Source: an uncultured Anaerolineaceae bacterium
Lineage (GTDB): Bacteria > Chloroflexota > Anaerolineae > Anaerolineales > UBA4823
Assembly: GCA_964525785.1 (NCBI GenBank)
Contig: CAZGIX010000001.1
Location: 6,249 to 70,248, forward strand
Length of the DNA stretch: 64,000 nucleotides
Direction: 5' to 3'
Under the pieces are notes generated by a model, which was not told where the DNA came from, ran no database searches, and saw only the letters and a list, made by a program, of their open reading frames with translations. Shown in pieces: positions 38,193 through 47,911 of the stretch; position 1 is the stretch's first letter, and each line of letters starts with the position of its first letter. Position numbers and translations under genes: made by a program.

Positions 38193-39076
38193 GCCTCGGA
38201 TCCCACGTAAAATACCCAACGTTTCGCAAAACGGAACTGGAGCAGGGTGAGCCCCAGAATCACCATAAACAAAATAAATGCCAGGGCAGCGGCATACCCC
38301 ATGCGTCCCCAGGCGAACGCATTCAGGTAGATATACAGCGGTAATGTTAGCGTGGCGTAGTTTGGGCCTCCCCGGGTGATGATATAGGTGGGGGTGAAGA
38401 TCTGGAAAGCGCCGATAATGTTGACTACAAGCAGATAAAAGGTTACCGGTGTAACCATGGGCCAGGTGACATGCCTGAAGAGAGCTGCTGCGCCGGCGCC
38501 ATCCAACGCTGCCGATTCGACCAATTCTGCTGGTACAGCCTGAAGGGCTGCCAGGTACAGCAGCATATTCGTCCCGATGCTCCACAGCCCAGTCAAAATT
38601 AAAGCCGGCATTGCCCAATGCTCATCCTGGAACCACGCAGGTCCATGGATGCCTAATTGAGCCAGAACGGAGTTAACCATACCGTATTGCGGATTGAACA
38701 TCCAGGCCCAAAGCAGCGCAGTTGCCACCCCGGATATCACAGCTGGTAAGAAGTACACTGTACGGAAAAACGATATCCCAGGACGCGGCCGGTTGACCAA
38801 AAGTGCCAACCCCAATCCGATAACAATCCCAGGGGGGACGGTTCCCAGCGTGTAATAGGCGGTATTAAGCAGGGATCGCCGGAAGAGATGGTCCTGTAGC
38901 AGCTCCTGGTAATGTGTCAAACCGACGAATTGTGGCAGCTGCGGCAAATGCCATTCTGTAAATGAAAGCCCCAAAGCTGTTACTACCGGCCCTATCTGGA
39001 AAAGCAGCAGCCCGACCAGCCAGGGTGAAATGAGCAGGTAGAACCAGCGTTCGCGCCTTTTTCCCAATTGACCCAT
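38189..39076 (-). CDS. Carbohydrate ABC transporter permease (MalF/CUT1 type)
   Basis: EAA loop VESAALDGAGAAALFRHVTWPMVTPV. ATG 39076 has a GGAG RBS (GTG 39088 is also open). Confidence 0.9.
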   Translation of the reverse strand: MGQLGKRRERWFYLLISPWLVGLLLFQIGPVVTALGLSFTEWHLPQLPQFVGLTHYQELLQDHLFRRSLLNTAYYTLGTVPPGIVIGLGLALLVNRPRPGISFFRTVYFLPAVISGVATALLWAWMFNPQYGMVNSVLAQLGIHGPAWFQDEHWAMPALILTGLWSIGTNMLLYLAALQAVPAELVESAALDGAGAAALFRHVTWPMVTPVTFYLLVVNIIGAFQIFTPTYIITRGGPNYATLTLPLYIYLNAFAWGRMGYAAALAFILFMVILGLTLLQFRFAKRWVFYVGSEA

Positions 39077-39102
39077 AGGCAGCTCCACAGTGCCAGAATG
39101 TC

Positions 39103-40437
39103 CTATGGCTGGCGATCGCGCGCCAGGATCTCATTGGTAGCGCTTTCGATCTGCTCCAATGCAACCACTACATCCAATTCGCCTTTCATCGATTTAATAA
39201 AGTTATCGCTGGTCTTGCCATACACTTCAAAAGCGCTGCTGGTGTATGGTTTGAAGATCTCACCGTATTCCATAGCATCCAGGATCGCCTGCTGATTTGC
39301 AGGTGGGTTCTCTGGATTGAGCACTGATTCTGCAGCGGAGCGCCGTGCGGGAACGCTGTGTCCGGGTTTGCCCCATGTTTCTTCCAGAAAATCAGGTTCG
39401 AGCAGGGCCTGCATCAGAGTCCAGGCTTCTTCTGGATGCTCGCTGGTAGCTGCGATCAGATAGCCGTTCGTACTGAGAGGTGTATAGCGTTTGCCGTCTA
39501 CACCGGTCAATGGCTGGACAATATCATAGTCAATACTGCTGGCTTCGTTCAGCTGTGCCACGGCGAAGAATCCGTTGAAACCCATCGCAGCCTTTCCAGC
39601 AATGAAGGGATCACCGGGGATGCCAGTCTGCGATCCTCCATACGGATCGTATAGGGCAGCATGATCTTTGCTAACGAGATCAGCCCACCATTGGACGGCT
39701 CGGATCGTCTCAGGAGCGGTGAATTTCATTGTTGTACAATCTTCCGTCTCGCAAAACTCGCCGCCCAGCGCTCGCACCAGGTGTCGCTGCCAGAAGAATG
39801 TCAGCCCGCCATTCCATCCCCACTGCTGGATTGTGCTGGGATCGAAGCCCGCCTCCAGTGGGGTCCTACCCTGACTATCCAGGGTCAGGCGGATGGCTGC
39901 CTGGCGCATATCCTCATATGTCCACTCATCGGTTGGATACTCAATGCCGGCTGCATCGAACATTGCTTTGTTATAGAAGACTACATCCGGTGCAGCTGTA
40001 TCCGGCAGCCCCCAGATCTTTCCTTGCGTGCGAAACTGTTCTAGCGGACCGGGGTAGAAATCCTCAAGATCGAGCTGGCTGGCTGTTATACGCGGGGTCA
40101 GGTCCTGGAAAGCATTCTGGCGAATCCACTGCTGAACGAGTAAACCCTGCACACGCAAGACATCCGGCAAATTCTGCGCAGCTAGCTGGCTGTTTATCTT
40201 CTCCAGTACTCCGGATTGCGGAGTGGTTTCCAGTTCGATCACCCACTCAGGGTGAGCTTGATCGAGAGACACTATTGCTGCCTGGTAACTCTCCAGCTCT
40301 TGGGGCGTCAACGCTACTCCAAGCCGTAGAGTGACAGGCTCGACCGCGTTTTGCATACCTCTTCCTGCGCAGCCGGAGGTAATTGCCAACACCATAGTCA
40401 TGATTACCAGGCACCAATGTCTGGGTGTTCGTTTCAT
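39103..40437 (-). CDS. Carbohydrate ABC transporter substrate-binding lipoprotein
   Basis: Signal peptide plus lipobox LAITSGC. Family-1 SBP features (LPDV..., FYNKAMFDAAGI, WGW). Confidence 0.88.
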   Translation of the reverse strand: MKRTPRHWCLVIMTMVLAITSGCAGRGMQNAVEPVTLRLGVALTPQELESYQAAIVSLDQAHPEWVIELETTPQSGVLEKINSQLAAQNLPDVLRVQGLLVQQWIRQNAFQDLTPRITASQLDLEDFYPGPLEQFRTQGKIWGLPDTAAPDVVFYNKAMFDAAGIEYPTDEWTYEDMRQAAIRLTLDSQGRTPLEAGFDPSTIQQWGWNGGLTFFWQRHLVRALGGEFCETEDCTTMKFTAPETIRAVQWWADLVSKDHAALYDPYGGSQTGIPGDPFIAGKAAMGFNGFFAVAQLNEASSIDYDIVQPLTGVDGKRYTPLSTNGYLIAATSEHPEEAWTLMQALLEPDFLEETWGKPGHSVPARRSAAESVLNPENPPANQQAILDAMEYGEIFKPYTSSAFEVYGKTSDNFIKSMKGELDVVVALEQIESATNEILARDRQP

Positions 40438-40476
40438 TTTCCTTCCAGTCTACAACGCCAAAAAGACTTTCTTGGG

Positions 40477-41976
40477 TTATTGTTGAATTATCGATCGCTT
40501 ACCTTCCTGGATATGACGCTGCACAGCGATGGATTGGTAAATGGATAATCCGGAGATAAACAACAGCCCTAGTGTGAATAAAGCCGCATAGATCCCAATT
40601 GCCCAATTCCCCAGAGCTATTGCCAATCCCACTGTCCCGGCATTGACCACAGCAAAGGCCAACTCGAAGTATGAGATGGGGTCGAGCTGGATTTGGTAGC
40701 GACTGTTTGTCCAGTCCTGGCACTTATAAAGGATTCCAAACTTCGGCGTGCGTTCAAAAGTGCCCGGCTGGTTGAGAAGGATCTGAACTGCCGCACGAAC
40801 AGTGTTCAGCATCATACCAGCACCGAATGCAGAAATCAATACACAAATTGGCAGTTTTTTCCACCAATATTCTCCTAGCTGCTTTTGCGCGAGGATAAAG
40901 AAGAGGGTAGGTGCAAAGGCGGTAGCGTTAAAAATAAAGGCGATCCCAAAGAGCGAAATCAGGTTAGCGTAATCCCGGCTGAGAACCAGCACCAGAGGGT
41001 ATAAGATCGCCAGTGCAAAGAGCAGCAGGTGCACGCCGTAGCCTGTCAGATGCAGGGTGGCTTCCAGCTTACCTCCGAGAGAAATCGGCGCCTTCCATAC
41101 AAGTGGCAAAAATTTGACCGCGCATTCCAGGCTGCCGCGTGCCCAACGATGCTGCTGTCTCCGGTATGCGCTGATGCTCACGGGCAGCTCAGCAGGCACT
41201 CGGACCTCGCGCAGATACTCTGCTCGCCAACCGCGCAGGAAAGCCCGGTAAGAAAGGTCTAAATCTTCGGTTAATGTGTCTGCCCTCCAGCCGCCTGAAT
41301 CTTCGAGAGCACTCCGGCGCCAGACACCGGCAGTGCCATTGAAGTTGAACCAGTATCCGCCCTGGCTGCGTGCAAATTGCTCGACCATAAAATGGGCATC
41401 TACTGCCAGGGATTGCATCCACGTCAGCAGCGAGTAGTCCTGATTGGTGTGTCCCCAACGCGCCTGGACAAAGCCTACCCGCGAGTCGCTGAAGTGAGGC
41501 AGTGTGCGTTTTAGGAAATCTGCTACGGGAATGAAGTCTGCATCGAATATCGCCAGGAATTCCCCACTAGCTGTCTCTAAGCCATGGGCTAATGCACCAG
41601 CTTTATAGCCCTGCCGGTTTAGGCGTTTAATAAGGTGGATGTTGGTGCCTGATTGGCGCAGCCGCTCAACTGCCGCGGCACTAATTTCTTGCGTCCCATC
41701 TGTCGAATCATCCAGTACCTGGATCTCAAGTCGATCAGCGGGGTAATTGAGGTGAGCTGATGCTTCGATCAGCCGCTCGGCAACGTACATTTCGTTATAA
41801 ATTGGCAGCTGAACGGTCACACGTGGAAAATGATCGAGTGATTGCACCGGTAATGTGCGCTTACCATTTTTCCAGGCGAGGTAGGTCAGGTAGAAGAAGT
41901 TGATCCCGTACAGGAACAGCAAACCAACCACTACCAGATATAGGATGGCTACGGGGATCAGGAGTATATCATCCAT
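40477..41976 (-). CDS. Processive family-2 glycosyltransferase (cellulose-synthase-like/CslA-type beta-glycan synthase)
   Basis: Motifs VLDDSTDGT, FDADF, TEDLDLSYR and RRQQHRWARG (QxxRW), plus C-terminal TM helices. ATG 41976 overlaps the upstream gene by 8 nt. Confidence 0.88.
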   Translation of the reverse strand: MDDILLIPVAILYLVVVGLLFLYGINFFYLTYLAWKNGKRTLPVQSLDHFPRVTVQLPIYNEMYVAERLIEASAHLNYPADRLEIQVLDDSTDGTQEISAAAVERLRQSGTNIHLIKRLNRQGYKAGALAHGLETASGEFLAIFDADFIPVADFLKRTLPHFSDSRVGFVQARWGHTNQDYSLLTWMQSLAVDAHFMVEQFARSQGGYWFNFNGTAGVWRRSALEDSGGWRADTLTEDLDLSYRAFLRGWRAEYLREVRVPAELPVSISAYRRQQHRWARGSLECAVKFLPLVWKAPISLGGKLEATLHLTGYGVHLLLFALAILYPLVLVLSRDYANLISLFGIAFIFNATAFAPTLFFILAQKQLGEYWWKKLPICVLISAFGAGMMLNTVRAAVQILLNQPGTFERTPKFGILYKCQDWTNSRYQIQLDPISYFELAFAVVNAGTVGLAIALGNWAIGIYAALFTLGLLFISGLSIYQSIAVQRHIQEGKRSIIQQ

Positions 41977-43447
41977 CCTGATTTCCACCACTAAATCGCA
42001 GGTAAGCCGCGGACCACAATCCCCATACCAGCCATTGCCACAAACGCCCAGGCACTAATAACCACGTGTAATAATCGAAGAGACCGACCAATGCGATTGC
42101 CAGCAGTAAGGCAGAAGTCATTACCAGATCAGAAGACAACTTCCGCCGGTCTTTTTGAAGCCACAGGATAGCCAGTGCTAACCAGGGAGTAGCCGCTGCA
42201 GCAGCATAGCTCAGTGCGCCGAAGATCCCCGTATCGACAGCAGCTGCCAATAAAGCGAAATGCGCCGGTTGATAATCGATTGGGAAATCAGGGTATTCCT
42301 TGCGCAGCGCTTGTGGATAAGCGCCAATCCCTACACCTGTGAGGGCGTGTTCCGCGAAGATGGTGTTAGCGCTTGAATTCAACAGTCGCCGTTCGTTGAT
42401 CGCCCTGAACTCGTTGCCAACCGTATCGAACGAGTTTTGCAGATTCAGCCGTACGCCCAGATACGGGGAATAGGACAGGACAAGCGGGGTAATCGCAACC
42501 AGACCGGCGGCTGCCAGGCCAACCAGCTTCCAGGCATAGGCAAATTGCCTGGATTGCAGCCATATCACCAACAGAAACGCAGTTGCAGCCGTCGCAGCTA
42601 CCCAGGCAGAACGGGAAAAAGTAACTAGAAGCCCTGCACATCCCAGGCTAAATACACCCACGATCACCGGCTGGGATAATCGGGCGCGGGTGTCATTCTG
42701 CCTGCTGTTATTCGTTACGTACCAGGCACAGACCAGTACCAACCCAAATGCCAGGCAGCCTCCCAGGATGTTCGGATGATCCGATAGCCCATAGGCGCGC
42801 AGGGAGCGAATCCCTTCAGCCCATACGATGCTCACTCCCTTCCATCCAGGATCGAGCGCCAGTTCATCTAATCCAGTGAGACCGAGGGAGGCCTGTTTGA
42901 TTACCTGTGCTATACCGATGGTCGCCTGGATAAAGATTTGAATCCCAGCTGGTATGATGATCCACCTGAAATCTTTTATCTCCTGGATTACGTAAAGATA
43001 TAAACCGAACAATAACGACAGCCGGATCGTATGGTAGAGCGAGAGCTGTGGGTCGACTGAGAAGAAAATGCCAATCCCGCTGAATAAAACCAGTCCTACA
43101 AGCGGGATGGTTAGGAATAATGGCCCGGGATGGAAACGGCGAGGCTCCAATGCCCATCCCACCAACCACAAGATCATAGTGAATATTAAGGTAATGTCAC
43201 TGGCGAAAAGCAGGAAATCGGTGTAATCTTTATAGATAGGGGGTACCGGTCGCTCTACCAGTACAAACCGATAGCGGAATGGAATTAGAATGATGGTAGC
43301 AGCCAACGTCAGCCGTGCTAAACCTCGTGCTAAGTTCGATACGACGACACGTTGACTCAGGCGCGATTCCATTTCTGTAAGCATGGTGATCAATTCTGCC
43401 TTGCTCAATTGGCTATAATCGGATGCTGTAGATCTTGGAATATTCAC
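41969..43447 (-). CDS. O-antigen ligase/polymerase-like (Wzy_C-type) polytopic membrane protein
   Basis: More than 10 TM helices with a large loop containing RSAW. The N-terminal cytoplasmic segment is coiled. The start is GTG and is uncertain. Confidence 0.65.
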   Translation of the reverse strand: MNIPRSTASDYSQLSKAELITMLTEMESRLSQRVVVSNLARGLARLTLAATIILIPFRYRFVLVERPVPPIYKDYTDFLLFASDITLIFTMILWLVGWALEPRRFHPGPLFLTIPLVGLVLFSGIGIFFSVDPQLSLYHTIRLSLLFGLYLYVIQEIKDFRWIIIPAGIQIFIQATIGIAQVIKQASLGLTGLDELALDPGWKGVSIVWAEGIRSLRAYGLSDHPNILGGCLAFGLVLVCAWYVTNNSRQNDTRARLSQPVIVGVFSLGCAGLLVTFSRSAWVAATAATAFLLVIWLQSRQFAYAWKLVGLAAAGLVAITPLVLSYSPYLGVRLNLQNSFDTVGNEFRAINERRLLNSSANTIFAEHALTGVGIGAYPQALRKEYPDFPIDYQPAHFALLAAAVDTGIFGALSYAAAAATPWLALAILWLQKDRRKLSSDLVMTSALLLAIALVGLFDYYTWLLVPGRLWQWLVWGLWSAAYLRFSGGNQDG

Positions 43448-43511
43448 ATATTTTATCCTTTATATCCGTTTAATGCGTTTAGATTACTGGTCGATCTTAC
43501 CTGGGAAGCTA

Positions 43512-44570
43512 ATGTGTGCGCAGATTGTTGTGAATGGACGGTTTTTAAGTCGCCGGATGACCGGGGTGGAACGCTATGCCGTGGAGATCACCCGTCGCTT
43601 CGGAACGGATATTCGTATTTGCCAGCCGAAGTGGGGGGGTATTGGGGCTATAGGGCACGCCTGGGAGCAGATCAGCCTGCCGATGCAATTGGGTCGCTAT
43701 GATCTCCTCTGGTCACCTGCCAATGTAGGACCACTGCTTGTTAAGCGACAGGTGCTGACCCTGCACGATATGTCCTGGCTGGAACACCCAGAATGGTTTC
43801 GTTCATCCTTATCGTTCGGATATCGCAAGCTTCTTCCTCTTCTGGCCCGGCAGGTTGTGGGCATCATAACGGATTCAAACTACACTAAGATACGTATTAT
43901 TGACCAGTTGCAGATTTCAGAGAAACAGCTGTATGTTATACCTTGTGGTGTAGATTCTGAAGATTTCTATCCGGTTGATATCAGCCAGATGAAGCAAATT
44001 TGCCTCAAATATGGGATAGAGGGTGAATACATACTCTTTGTGGGTTCGTTATCTCCGCACAAGAATCTCACCGGTTTGATAGAAGCATGGACACAGATCA
44101 TCTCGCAGGCACCTGATCTATGGCTGGTCGTTGTGGGTGCATCCAACAGAACATTTGCTAATCATCGCCAATCTGTTGATCAAATAATACTCAATAGACG
44201 CCATGTGCTTGCTTTAGGATATGTCCCAGATAACGATTTGAGAGCACTATATAGTGGTGCTCTAGCCTATGTCCAACCTTCCCGCAGTGAGGGATTTGGC
44301 TTGACCGTACTGGAAGCGATGGCCTGTGGAGCACCGGTGCTATCTTCACGCGCTGGCGCGCTCCCGGAAGTCGCTGGAGAGGCTGCTCTCTATTTTGATC
44401 CAGATTCGCTCGAGGATTTCGTCGGTCAACTAAAGCACTTGATCGGCGACGCCGACCTGCGCGATAGCCTGCGTCAGGCGGGATTAGCGCGTGCCGCGAA
44501 CTATTCGTGGGAGCTGACCGCTTCTGAAGTCCAGAAAATCCTCCAAGATCGGTTTCTGGATAATCGATGA
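43512..44570 (+). CDS. Glycosyltransferase family 4 (GT-B)
   Basis: N-terminal IVVNGRFLSRRMTGVERYA, and the EX7E region SEGFGLTVLEAMACGAPVL. The start is taken at ATG 43512; the ORF opens at 43473. Confidence 0.85.
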   Translation: MCAQIVVNGRFLSRRMTGVERYAVEITRRFGTDIRICQPKWGGIGAIGHAWEQISLPMQLGRYDLLWSPANVGPLLVKRQVLTLHDMSWLEHPEWFRSSLSFGYRKLLPLLARQVVGIITDSNYTKIRIIDQLQISEKQLYVIPCGVDSEDFYPVDISQMKQICLKYGIEGEYILFVGSLSPHKNLTGLIEAWTQIISQAPDLWLVVVGASNRTFANHRQSVDQIILNRRHVLALGYVPDNDLRALYSGALAYVQPSRSEGFGLTVLEAMACGAPVLSSRAGALPEVAGEAALYFDPDSLEDFVGQLKHLIGDADLRDSLRQAGLARAANYSWELTASEVQKILQDRFLDNR

Positions 44571-45754
44571 GTTCTGATCCACGGGTTGCTTTTGTGCACG
44601 ATGCCTTGCTGTTCCAGGGTGGAGCAGAAAAAGTCTTGATGGCTGCTCTGGAGCTGTATCCCGATGCTCCAGTCTACACGCTTGTGTATTCTCCTGACCC
44701 ATTCGAAGGTACAATCATTCATAGACATAAAATGCGTACCTCATTTATTCAAAGATTACCTTTTGCTCTCAGCCAGCATCGCAGCTACCTGCCCCTCTAT
44801 CCGTTGGCTGTCGAACGGTTTGATCTGTCGGATTATGACCTGATCTTGAGCTTCAGCTACGCAGCCGCTCACGGGGTGCGCACCCGTCCAGACCAGCTGC
44901 ACATATCCTATACCTTTACCCCGCTGCGCCAGGCCTGGCAGGGAAATTCTGACTACCTCAGGTTCAAGGGATTTCTTAGAGCACCCTTCTCTTGGGCAGC
45001 ACGTATGCTGCTGCATTATTACCGCATGTGGGATGCAGGTGCAGCTCAGCGAGCCGACCGGCTGATCGCGTGCTCTGATTGGATTGCGCAGTGTGTCTGG
45101 AATGCCTACGAGCGCCAATCGAAAGTGATCCACCCGCCGGTGGATGTGGATGCGATCCTACCACTGCACCCGCGCCAGGATTACTACCTGGCTGTATCTC
45201 GTTTGGAGCCGCACAAGCGCCTGGATATTATCATCGATGCATTCTCAAGGTTGGGCTATCCCCTGCTGATCGTGGGAAGCGGCAGTATGTACCGTCAGCT
45301 GAAACGGCGGGGCTCAGCTAACATATGCCTGCTCAACCGGGTGTCAGATGCGGAGCTGCGCCAGTATTATGGCCACGCCAAAGCCCTCGTCCACGCGGCG
45401 GTCGACGACTTTGGAATTGCACCAGTCGAAGCCCAGGCGGCTGGCTGTCCGGTTATTGCCTATGCGCGTGGTGGCGTTTTAGAGACCGTCATCCCTAACC
45501 GGACGGGTATTCTATACTCCGAGCAAAATGCGGATGCTTTGATCGATGCAGTTGGCCGGTTTGAGCAATCCAGGTCAGAAAATGGTAATTCTCACCTTCA
45601 GGCGGAAACCATTCGCCAGAACGCTCTGCGTTTCAGCAAAGAGTGTTTTCTCCAGGAACTGTCTTCGTTCATTCAAGCTGAGTGGTCAGCCCGGCAGGGT
45701 CGTGATCAAGGTAAGACCTCACCAGGTGGCGTCGCGAGAAATGCCCCAGGGTGA
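44567..45754 (+). CDS. Glycosyltransferase family 4 (GT-B)
   Basis: ATGA overlap with the upstream GT4 gene. Motif DDFGIAPVEAQAAGCPVIAY. The C-terminal tail is low-complexity. Confidence 0.85.
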   Translation: MSSDPRVAFVHDALLFQGGAEKVLMAALELYPDAPVYTLVYSPDPFEGTIIHRHKMRTSFIQRLPFALSQHRSYLPLYPLAVERFDLSDYDLILSFSYAAAHGVRTRPDQLHISYTFTPLRQAWQGNSDYLRFKGFLRAPFSWAARMLLHYYRMWDAGAAQRADRLIACSDWIAQCVWNAYERQSKVIHPPVDVDAILPLHPRQDYYLAVSRLEPHKRLDIIIDAFSRLGYPLLIVGSGSMYRQLKRRGSANICLLNRVSDAELRQYYGHAKALVHAAVDDFGIAPVEAQAAGCPVIAYARGGVLETVIPNRTGILYSEQNADALIDAVGRFEQSRSENGNSHLQAETIRQNALRFSKECFLQELSSFIQAEWSARQGRDQGKTSPGGVARNAPG

Positions 45755-46550
45755 TCCATTCCACAGTCATCGTACCTCCGCACACACGGGCGATGACGTC
45801 TCGATCGCTCCAGCCTTTGTTATGCAAATCCAGCACCTGTCCACCAATCTCCAACAGATAGTCGATTTTGTCTCGAATCTCCTGGATCGGATTCTTCCGC
45901 ACGCGTGCACTCCCTGGGAACAGCCAGGTGATCTGCAATCCCGAAATACGCTTCAGCGATTCGATAATCTGCCAGATATCGCACCCAGCGCGCAAGGCTC
46001 GATCCTTCCCGCCGACAAATAGATCACCACTGAACAACCAGCCCCTTTCGGCCTCAAATATGCACAGATGGTCTTCACTGTGTCCGGGGGTATATATGAC
46101 TTTAAATTCGTATTTACTGCTCCAGGTGTTTCCGCTCGCCTCCGATAGGGATGCGCCATCTAGCAATGAACTCCCTATCGATGGTTCGGGCCAGCCCCAG
46201 AAGAGCCGCCTGTAGGGATGAAGCGGCTGGCAGCGGCGCGGGTCCGCCAAAACGGGCAGTGCCAATGGATGGGCGAAAATGTTCACGCCACCATTGCGAT
46301 GCTGCAGCAATCCATTGGCGCCGATATGATCTTCGTGACTGTGGGTGTTGGCGATGGCCCACAAGGATTTCGAAGCCAACGTGTGTGCTAATTCAAGGCT
46401 GCTGTGAGCGCAGCCGCTGTCGACCAATAGCCCATCTACCAGGTAAGCCGTTGTCCAGTACGCCCTGCCGGTGGGCAGAGCTCTCGCCAGGTCGAAACGT
46501 GTGATTGCGCCGTACTCGCTGATCCGGATCATTTCGTGTAACTGCAGCAC
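45669..46550 (-). CDS. MBL-fold metallo-hydrolase
   Basis: HSHEDHIG (HxHxDH) and a later TPGHSEDH. The start is GTG 46550 or ATG 46532. Confidence 0.8.
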   Translation of the reverse strand: MLQLHEMIRISEYGAITRFDLARALPTGRAYWTTAYLVDGLLVDSGCAHSSLELAHTLASKSLWAIANTHSHEDHIGANGLLQHRNGGVNIFAHPLALPVLADPRRCQPLHPYRRLFWGWPEPSIGSSLLDGASLSEASGNTWSSKYEFKVIYTPGHSEDHLCIFEAERGWLFSGDLFVGGKDRALRAGCDIWQIIESLKRISGLQITWLFPGSARVRKNPIQEIRDKIDYLLEIGGQVLDLHNKGWSDRDVIARVCGGTMTVEWITLGHFSRRHLVRSYLDHDPAGLTTQLE

Positions 46551-46619
46551 TGTGCTGTTGGAAGATTAATCGATCCCCAGCATCGACGTCAAGCCACTAA
46601 GTGCATCAAATGCAGTAGA

Positions 46620-47744
46620 TCAGGTGCTGCTGGTCTCGCTTTCGATGGGTTGGATCGGATTCACGGTTGAAGTTAGATATCGTTCCCGGTAGTACAGCAC
46701 TCCGAGAAGCAGGCAGAACTGGATCACTGCCACGAGGATTGTTGAGAATTGGTAGTAATAGAATAGCAGCAGATCCACCATCGTCAGGTAGACCAGCAGC
46801 GATAAATAGCTGCCTCTTAAACCTTGCTGTTCCCGTCCTGACGCCAGCTGGACAGCGCCAGCAACCAACACCAGCCCTACTAGGAGCTGGAAAATCTGCA
46901 GGATTAAGAACCAGTAAGTGAATGTAGAACTGGCCTCCTGGATGGGGAAAAGTAGAATATCACCTGTCTGTCCAGTCCGTATTCCGTTGAGAATATTGAA
47001 ACACGAGGTCGTTACCGCGAAGATGCCCAACACGCCTATCCCGAAAGTTAGTAGCAAATGCAGCCGTTTTCGGTCAATATAACGCGCTTCGAAATTTCTA
47101 ATTCGTTTCTCGATGGTCTTGAGGTAGTACGGGGGTATAGGCGCTAAGCGAACATATTCTCCCTGAAAATACGACAGTATGGCTCTCGCCAGGTGAGCAA
47201 GCTCGGGCTGGTCTTCCTGGTCTGTAACGCGCTGCAAGCGGACCTCAATCTCCGCCCGTTCGTTCGGGTCCAGGTCGTGGTCAAGCACATCCTCCAGCAT
47301 TTCTAAGATGACATACAGCTCAGAGCGAGTCTGGTGCTCGAAGCGGCGATTAACCTGGAAATAGATCATTACACAGATCAGGAAAAATGCATATATGATC
47401 GGTGCAGCTGGCGGGTAGAAATAATCGTTGGTTTGGGTGATAAATTTTCCGACTTCATCGATGAAGAGACCAATGCCGATCCCTGACAGGATAGCTGTCG
47501 CCTGATATACCCAACGGTTGGCAATTATTAGCGGAAGCAGCGCTGCAATGAAGAGCAGCAGCCCGCCCCATAAAACGTGGGCAATGTGCAGCGTACTACC
47601 ACCAAGCTGCGGGTAACCGGTCAACTCCAGGAATATGCGTGTCAGGGAGACAGACATGGCAAAGCTGAGCAGAGTGATCAACAGGTAGCGATCAGCTCCG
47701 GGTCTGCGAACAGGATTGCGTATGGCGTGGTAAAAGCGATTCAT
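46620..47744 (-). CDS. Polytopic membrane protein, hypothetical
   Basis: About 8 TM helices with a central charged helical insert. No recognised motif. Confidence 0.55.
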   Translation of the reverse strand: MNRFYHAIRNPVRRPGADRYLLITLLSFAMSVSLTRIFLELTGYPQLGGSTLHIAHVLWGGLLLFIAALLPLIIANRWVYQATAILSGIGIGLFIDEVGKFITQTNDYFYPPAAPIIYAFFLICVMIYFQVNRRFEHQTRSELYVILEMLEDVLDHDLDPNERAEIEVRLQRVTDQEDQPELAHLARAILSYFQGEYVRLAPIPPYYLKTIEKRIRNFEARYIDRKRLHLLLTFGIGVLGIFAVTTSCFNILNGIRTGQTGDILLFPIQEASSTFTYWFLILQIFQLLVGLVLVAGAVQLASGREQQGLRGSYLSLLVYLTMVDLLLFYYYQFSTILVAVIQFCLLLGVLYYRERYLTSTVNPIQPIESETSST

Positions 47745-47857
47745 TGCGAAGGAGCAAATAATATTAAATTACACTGCCCGAAAAATTTTATCACGATTGG
47801 TGGATGTCACGCCTCCTCGACTGTTGATATTACGACATAAGCCACTACTAAGAAACC

Positions 47858-47885
47858 AGGGCTGGCGGACAAATCCACCAGCCCT
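47858..47885 (-). terminator. Candidate intrinsic terminator downstream of the Pat-like gene
   Basis: AGGGCTGG...CCAGCCCT stem that extends with one mismatch. On the minus strand it is followed by GGTTTCTT. Confidence 0.4.
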
Positions 47886-47911
47886 TGTTATTTGTAGCTT
47901 GGCAGTACTTG

